Shown: in pieces, positions 58,018 to 64,000 of the stretch
Layout of the letters: the number at the start of each line of letters is the position of its first letter
Position numbering within the stretch: the first letter of the stretch is position 1
Notes under the pieces: model-generated
What the model was told of the DNA's origin: nothing
Seen by the model: only the letters and a program-made list of their open reading frames with translations
Database searches by the model: none
Assembly: GCA_963710605.1 (NCBI GenBank)
Contig: CAVQBA010000004.1
Span: forward strand, 608,001-672,000
DNA from: an uncultured cyanobacterium
GTDB taxonomy: Bacteria > Cyanobacteriota > Cyanobacteriia > Cyanobacteriales > Cyanobacteriaceae
DNA: 64,000 nucleotides
Reading direction: 5' to 3'
Translations under genes and position numbers: made by a program

Positions 58018-58806
58018 ATGGAGATACGTAGTTTTTCTCACCTCGATACTCTCAATCAATATGTGGGTGCAAAACTATTAGCAGAATTTAAACAACATAC
58101 TCAGTCAATTCACTTTCTACCTACAGGAAATACTTATCTTGGTTGTTACAAAGTATTAATTGATTTAATTGAAAAGGATGAATCTCTTGATTTTTCTGAA
58201 CTTGTCTTGGTAAATCTAGATGAATATGTTGAAGAAGGTTATCCTCTTAATCTCAACGATACTCGATCGTTTGCTTATTATATGCAACCAATCATTAAAG
58301 TATTACAAAAACGTGGCTTTCGCCCAGAAAATCATTTATTTCCTTACTCTAAAAATGATCAAACTCCTTTTACTCCTTTCCAACAATTAACTAAATTTGA
58401 TAAATGGCTTCAACAAAAAGAATGTGAATGTGCTTCTGTTTTTCTCGGTTTAGGTCCTAAAAAATCACCTCATTTAGCTTTTTGCTCACCGGGATATACC
58501 CACAATTTTAAGCAATCTTGGCAGGATATCGGGGCATATGTAGGTCCTGTCGATCAAGCAACAAGAAACGCTAATACAGCTAATTACGGTATGGATAAAG
58601 AGAAAAATGTACCTTATTGGTCATGTACTATTTCTTCGGGTACATTATGGAAGATTGCACCAAAAAAAGTTTACTTAGTAGCTTATGGAGATAACAAAGA
58701 TATTTCGGTGATTAATGGTTTTTCAGATGTGGGTACAAATCCTGCTTCGGTATTACCTATTTTAGAACGTAGAGGAACATCGGTAGAGATTATTACCATT
58801 AAATGA
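58018..58806 (+). CDS. Divergent NagB/6-phosphogluconolactonase-fold protein
   Basis: LPTGNT, VNLDEYV, SFAYYM, LGLG...HLAF.SPG, PASVL. Confidence 0.7.
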   Translation: MEIRSFSHLDTLNQYVGAKLLAEFKQHTQSIHFLPTGNTYLGCYKVLIDLIEKDESLDFSELVLVNLDEYVEEGYPLNLNDTRSFAYYMQPIIKVLQKRGFRPENHLFPYSKNDQTPFTPFQQLTKFDKWLQQKECECASVFLGLGPKKSPHLAFCSPGYTHNFKQSWQDIGAYVGPVDQATRNANTANYGMDKEKNVPYWSCTISSGTLWKIAPKKVYLVAYGDNKDISVINGFSDVGTNPASVLPILERRGTSVEIITIK

Positions 58807-58907
58807 GTAGGTATAAGAATGGAGAATGGAGAATGGAGAATGGAGAATAAATAACAAATAACTCTTAATTTTTAACTGTTAACTGTTCATTGTTCATTGT
58901 TCACTTT

Positions 58908-59363
58908 TTATGCGATCGTGGTTTTATTTTCTAAATAATCAGCTAATTGTCGATCGTGATCATGGGCTAAATTACCAACGGGTATATCTTCAACTTCAAA
59001 TGCTTTAACCTCCACTACTTCCATGGTGTCTGTTATTTTGATTGTGCCAGTAACTTCGATCGCAATTAAAATAGCAATAGAATGTAAACGTGGATCACGA
59101 TTAGGAGCAGAATAAACACCTACTAAACGTTTAATTTGTTGGAAATCTAAACCCGTTTCTTCTTTTAACTCTCTTTTTAAAGTCAAGGGAATATCTTCTC
59201 CCCAATCTACCATTCCTCCGGGTAAACTCCATTGTTGAGTATCCCTGCGATAAACCAAAACGATTTTACCATCAGGTAAAACAGGAATTAATGAAACTCC
59301 TAATACAGGATGGCGAAATATTACTTTTAATACCCCTGAAATGTATTGCCATTTTAACCACAT
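58908..59363 (-). CDS. Nudix hydrolase
   Basis: WSLPGGMVDWGE...KRELKEETGL Nudix box. Confidence 0.92.
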   Translation of the reverse strand: MWLKWQYISGVLKVIFRHPVLGVSLIPVLPDGKIVLVYRRDTQQWSLPGGMVDWGEDIPLTLKRELKEETGLDFQQIKRLVGVYSAPNRDPRLHSIAILIAIEVTGTIKITDTMEVVEVKAFEVEDIPVGNLAHDHDRQLADYLENKTTIA

Positions 59364-59697
59364 AAAAACTATTTAAGATTTTAAACCTGTATTTGTTTCT
59401 GTAAATATAAATACATCTTAAACCTTTTGTCAGCTAACGACTACTATTTGTTTGGCTGATTTCTAAATCATAAAAATACCAATGCGATTACCATAACTTT
59501 CTTCTCTTACGCTTGAGAGGGATTGGGGGTAAGGTAATAATGAGTAAGAAGTAATAATTAATCTCATACTTAAGTCGTTTAACTCATAGAGAGTAGCTTC
59601 GATCGAAGTTTGAATTAATACTTGTATAATTGAAATTAAAAATTAAATATCAAAAATATTAAAGATATCGGATAAACAATTTAAGAAGCTAATTAAA

Positions 59698-61416
59698 ATG
59701 AAGAATAACTTCTCTGAATTAGGAAAAGTAATTAACGATCGTTATCAAGTCATGGCGATGATAGGTAAAGGTGGTATGGGTATAACCTATCACGCTAAAG
59801 ATTTACAAACAAATACAAATGTTGCTCTTAAAAGTATTTCTTTAAAACAAGTTAATGACTGGAAACAAATTGAATTAATCGAAAGAGAAGCGAGTGTTTT
59901 ACAACAGTTAAATCATCCTGCTATTCCTCAGTATTTAGATTATTTTCAAGTTGATAAGGATAACGATCGCTTTTTTTATATTATCCAAGAATTAGTTGAA
60001 GGTAAATCTTTAGATAAATGGGTACAACAAGGATGGCGAATAGATGAACAAGAATTGAAAAATATTGCTAAGCAAATACTTAATATACTTATTTATTTAC
60101 ATCAACAAAAACCACCAATAATTCATCGAGATATTAAACCCCAAAATTTGATTAGAAACGAAGCAGGAAAAATATTTTTAGTTGATTTTGGTGCAGTACA
60201 AAACGCTTATTATAATACCATTGCTAAAGGTAGTACGATGGTTGGTACTTATGGTTATATGCCTTTAGAACAATCTTCAGGACAAGTAACTCCAGCTAGT
60301 GATTTATATAGTACTGGTGCTACTTTATTATACTTACTAACTCATCGATCGCCCTCGGAATTAGATGATGATAGTTTAAGCATAAATGTGGCAAAATGTC
60401 TAGAAAATAATAATCTTTCCCAAGGAATTATTAACTGGTTAGAAAAGATGTTAGAATCTGACGTTGACGATCGTTTTCAAACAGCAGAAGAAGCGTTATT
60501 AGTTTTAGATAAACCACATTTGATTAAAAAAGAGAAAAAGAACAGAAAAAACTTATTAAAAGGTTCGATCGCTATATTATTTTTAGGAGTTACAGGATTT
60601 TTTCTGACGAATAACTTAGTTGAAAATAGGTTGTTATATCTTTCTTATCTTGGCTATTATCCGCAAGAAGTATGTCCATTCACTCCAGAAAGCCCAACAA
60701 AAATATCAAACTTATTAAACGATGATAAAAACATACCTTTAGTAGTAAAAGTAGTCAATAAAAACCCCTCATGCTTCATTACTTTAGAGCGAAATAGTAA
60801 TCTTAAAATTATTAAATTATTAATAAAAAACGGGTTAGATATTAATACCAAAACTCAACCTCATGGTAAAGCATTACTTCATCAAGTAACAAACATAGAA
60901 ATAGCTAAACTACTAATTGAAAATGGTGCTGATGTTAATGTTAAAGATGATGATGGTAATACACCTCTTCATGATTCTCGGGATATTAAAATTAGCAAAT
61001 TACTAATCGAAAATGGTGCTAATGTTAATGCTAGAGATAGTAATGGTAATACTCTTCTTCATGATCCTCAAGATATTGCAATTATTAGATTACTAATCGA
61101 AAATGGTGCTAATGTTAATGCTCAAAATAATAATAGTGATACACCTCTTCATGATTCTCGGGATATTGAAATTAGCAAATTACTAATCGAAAACGGTGCT
61201 GATGTTAACGCTAGAAATCAGTATGGTAGTACTCCTCTTCATCATTCTTGGGATTTTGAAATTTCACAATTACTAGTAGAAAATGGTGCTGATATTAATA
61301 CTAAAAATAATCATGGTGATACTCCTTTTGATTCTAATTCTTTGAATCCTTGGGAGATAACGTTATGCACCATCCTGGCTATCTTTGGAATGTTGTTTGG
61401 TGAAACAAAGAAATGA
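59698..61416 (+). CDS. Ser/Thr protein kinase with TM segment and ankyrin repeats (frame stays open past the TGA to 61530)
   Basis: GKGGMG, VALK, HRDIKPQN, DFG, GTYGYMPLE; repeats G.TPLH...LLIENGADVN. Confidence 0.92.
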   Translation: MKNNFSELGKVINDRYQVMAMIGKGGMGITYHAKDLQTNTNVALKSISLKQVNDWKQIELIEREASVLQQLNHPAIPQYLDYFQVDKDNDRFFYIIQELVEGKSLDKWVQQGWRIDEQELKNIAKQILNILIYLHQQKPPIIHRDIKPQNLIRNEAGKIFLVDFGAVQNAYYNTIAKGSTMVGTYGYMPLEQSSGQVTPASDLYSTGATLLYLLTHRSPSELDDDSLSINVAKCLENNNLSQGIINWLEKMLESDVDDRFQTAEEALLVLDKPHLIKKEKKNRKNLLKGSIAILFLGVTGFFLTNNLVENRLLYLSYLGYYPQEVCPFTPESPTKISNLLNDDKNIPLVVKVVNKNPSCFITLERNSNLKIIKLLIKNGLDINTKTQPHGKALLHQVTNIEIAKLLIENGADVNVKDDDGNTPLHDSRDIKISKLLIENGANVNARDSNGNTLLHDPQDIAIIRLLIENGANVNAQNNNSDTPLHDSRDIEISKLLIENGADVNARNQYGSTPLHHSWDFEISQLLVENGADINTKNNHGDTPFDSNSLNPWEITLCTILAIFGMLFGETKK

Positions 61417-61574
61417 CTAATTGAAAACGGTGCTAATGTCAATGCTAAAAATAATCATGGTGATACTCCTGTTCAAACTTTTCTAAATATAAACAGAAAT
61501 AATCTTTTACGTCGAAATGAAGCTAAATAAATAATTTTTTTCATTATTAATATTCATTATTTTTATTATTTATT

Positions 61575-63059
61575 ATGAATAATTACCAATATAAATCACA
61601 AGATATAATTAACGATCGTTATCGTATTATTAAACAATTAGGAATAGGTAGTAGTGCGATTACTTATCAAGCAGAAGATTTACAAACTAATCAACAAGTA
61701 GCCATCAAAGTTTTATCTCTACAACAATTAGAAGATTGGAAAAAAATAGAATTATTTGAAAGAGAAGCTCACATATTATCAACTTTAAATCATCCTCAAA
61801 TTCCTCAGTATTTAGACTATTTTCAAATTGATAATAATAACGATCAATCTTTTTATTTAGTTCAACAATTAGCAAAAGGAAAATCTTTATTAACTTTAAT
61901 AGAAGAAGGATGGCAACCTAATGAAAATGAAGTTAAAAATATAGCTATTCAATTATTAGAAATATTAGTTTATTTACAACAACATAATCCGCCTGTATTC
62001 CATCGAGATATTAAACCAGAAAATATTATTTATCAACCAAATAAACAAGTATTTTTAGTCGATTTTGGTGGTGTACAACATAGTTTTTATCATAGTGTAA
62101 CAGCAAGTACGATCGTTGGAACTTACGGTTATATGTCACCAGAACAATTTAGAGGGAAAGCGAATACTACTACTGACTTGTATGGATTAGGAACAACATT
62201 AATCTTTTTATTAACAGGTAAACATCCTTCTTCTTTACCACAACAAAAACTTAAAGTTAAATTTAAAAATGAATTGAAAACTAATATTAATTCTGAGTTT
62301 TATAATTGGATTAATTTATTAATTAAACCTAACTATAAGAAAAGATTTACCAACGCTCAAATTGCTTTAAATACCTTACAAAATAAAGATTCGATCGATA
62401 ACTATATTACCTTAGAAAAGCCGATTAATACCTCTGTTTGTCTTAAAGAAGATAATCAACAACAACTAATTATTGATATTCCTCCTGCTTTGTTTTTCGA
62501 TCGTCCTAATATAGGAATTATTTTACTAACTATATCTTGGTTTTCTCTTTTATTCTTCTTGTTATATGCTATTGTCTCAACATTTAACTTTTTTATAAGT
62601 TATGTAATTGTCATAACTTATATTTTTTATTTACTTTGTAAACTCGTTTTAATTACAAAGGGGGAAGACAATGTACTTAAAAAAATAGGTAATTTTAGTA
62701 ATAAGCTAAAAATTCATCGATTAATATATATTAGATATTTGTTATTAGTTATTATTATGTTCTCATTAATATCTAATAAGATGACAATAACTTATAGTAT
62801 TTGGTTGTTTTATTTCTTCTTTCTTGCGGATGTTAAAATCGATATTGAAACTAATAATTTAAAGTTTTATCTTTTGAAAGACATATTCTTTAAGACACAT
62901 TTAAAAATCAAAAAAATACCAACAAACAAAGCAAAAATAGAAAATTATTCTTGGTTAAATATTTCAGCAATTGATATACAGGCAACAAAAATTGGTTATT
63001 TACTTACTACGGCAGAAAAAAATTGGTTGACAAGTGAAATTAATAATTTTCTTAACTAA
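61575..63059 (+). CDS. Ser/Thr protein kinase with C-terminal membrane segments
   Basis: VAIK, HRDIKPENI, DFGG, GTYGYMSPEQ, DLYGLG. Confidence 0.92.
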   Translation: MNNYQYKSQDIINDRYRIIKQLGIGSSAITYQAEDLQTNQQVAIKVLSLQQLEDWKKIELFEREAHILSTLNHPQIPQYLDYFQIDNNNDQSFYLVQQLAKGKSLLTLIEEGWQPNENEVKNIAIQLLEILVYLQQHNPPVFHRDIKPENIIYQPNKQVFLVDFGGVQHSFYHSVTASTIVGTYGYMSPEQFRGKANTTTDLYGLGTTLIFLLTGKHPSSLPQQKLKVKFKNELKTNINSEFYNWINLLIKPNYKKRFTNAQIALNTLQNKDSIDNYITLEKPINTSVCLKEDNQQQLIIDIPPALFFDRPNIGIILLTISWFSLLFFLLYAIVSTFNFFISYVIVITYIFYLLCKLVLITKGEDNVLKKIGNFSNKLKIHRLIYIRYLLLVIIMFSLISNKMTITYSIWLFYFFFLADVKIDIETNNLKFYLLKDIFFKTHLKIKKIPTNKAKIENYSWLNISAIDIQATKIGYLLTTAEKNWLTSEINNFLN

Positions 63060-63476
63060 AAAATATTATCATCGTAGCAAGATATAGTATTTGATTCTAA
63101 ATATATACTCATTTAAAATAATGATAAGATAATTTTCGGGTGAGATTTGAGTTTAATTTATTAAACGGTATCTATTAGCCTTGTAATTGATTACAAGGTG
63201 GGGCGAAAGTTCAAGTTTTAAATATAGTCTTAAACATTAAAATTGAGAGATAACGAAATAGGCTACCTCTTTTCTTACTTATAGCCGAATGAAGTTATAA
63301 TTACGCAAATTACAATCAATATCAAATGCAATGTGATTTATTTATTTAGCTGTAATTACTAATCAGAGGTTTGTTTGGCACTTCGTACGTATCGATCGTT
63401 ATTTTTAAGCAAAAAAAACTAGGGGTATGTATATATTTACCCCACAAAACATCAGACTAAAACTAGTCAAATATTT

Positions 63477-63761
63477 TTAAAACCCACCAGCAGTAGGAAT
63501 CAAACTACCTAAAATACCGGGTATTAACTGTAAAACGAAAATTGCGATAATTGCTGAGAGATCAATACCACCTAATGGGGGTATAATGTTACGGAAGATG
63601 TTGAGATAAGGATCAGTAACAGGTGCTAAGAAAGAAATTATTTTAGAAGCCCAGTCAGCAGTCTGAAACCAGCTTAATAAAATTCGGACAAAAATCAGTA
63701 CCAAATATAACTGAATAAAATTGGCAACTGTGCTGACGACTAAATATGCGATACTATTCAT
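63477..63761 (-). CDS. YggT/YlmG family membrane protein
   Basis: RILLSWF, VTDPYLNIFRNIIPPLGGIDLS. Confidence 0.92.
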   Translation of the reverse strand: MNSIAYLVVSTVANFIQLYLVLIFVRILLSWFQTADWASKIISFLAPVTDPYLNIFRNIIPPLGGIDLSAIIAIFVLQLIPGILGSLIPTAGGF

Positions 63762-63829
63762 TTGAGATATTTAAATTGCTCCACTAGATCTTGATTATTT
63801 CATCTTAACTGAATTTCTTAGTTTTTAGT

Positions 63830-64000
63830 CTAATTTTTCCGTTTAAGCCAAAACGACTGCATACCGACAGATTTTGCCCCCCAATAATCTTCTTTCAAGC
63901 TGTCTCCTATATACCATGCGTTTTCGGGTAAACAATTATGTTTTTTTAATGCCGTCAGAAATATTTTGGCTTCAGGTTTAGCAACACCCGTGAGAGAGGA
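63830..64000 (-). CDS. 3' part of a HAD-IA family hydrolase (truncated by window edge)
   Basis: ...GVAKPEAKIF...AWYIGDSLKEDYWGAKSVG...; TAG at 63830-63832. Confidence 0.85.
   Translation of the reverse strand, partial: SSLTGVAKPEAKIFLTALKKHNCLPENAWYIGDSLKEDYWGAKSVGMQSFWLKRKN

Noticed and set aside
35374-61416. UGA recoding (in-frame TGA at 35374, 50133 and 61414 could each be read as Trp)
   Set aside because: TGA is clearly used as a stop elsewhere (e.g. 2878-2880, 32603-32605, ATGA overlaps), TGG is used normally, and each case is explained by one substitution
60860-61470. Diversity-generating retroelement (near-identical repeats)
   Set aside because: No reverse transcriptase in the window; the repeats are tandem in-frame ankyrin units, not a TR/VR pair

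Overview
AT-rich cyanobacterial chromosome segment (cpcE, ycf66, frequent HIP1 GCGATCGC/CGATCG sites, heptamer STRR tandem repeats). The main accessory feature is an 18.6-kb element integrated in the 3' half of a tRNA-Met(CAT) gene and bounded by a perfect 49-bp direct repeat (14208-14256 and 32791-32839). It encodes a tyrosine integrase, a Toprim + RecA-type primase-helicase, Xre and ribbon-helix-helix regulators, a C39-type peptidase (lysin candidate) with chained micro-ORFs, and a GT2 glycosyltransferase + sulfotransferase pair next to a (GGGS)9-tailed protein. It also carries about 10 kb of tightly packed orphan genes, including five apparent copies of one unrecognised ~110-130 aa domain. 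I see no terminase, portal, HK97 capsid, tape measure or packaging ATPase, so it is a candidate provirus of an undescribed, possibly tailless, cyanobacterial virus or satellite (inference). The host flanks carry two hybrid histidine kinases, mscS, cpcE, an ABC exporter, murG, coaX, plqA/ubiA, nurA-like, pgsA, ruvB, cobN, cbiB, a prs-like/nadV-like/nrtR NAD operon with tandem NrtR boxes (possibly NARP1-like), chorismate lyase, riboflavin synthase, a CheA-like kinase with two receiver domains, and two Ser/Thr kinases. Also present are a MITE, GTAG-type REP hairpins (some in frame inside cobN), a 50-bp mini-element nested in other repeats, and several single-base lesions that may be assembly errors. 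All calls come from reading motifs by eye; no searches were run.
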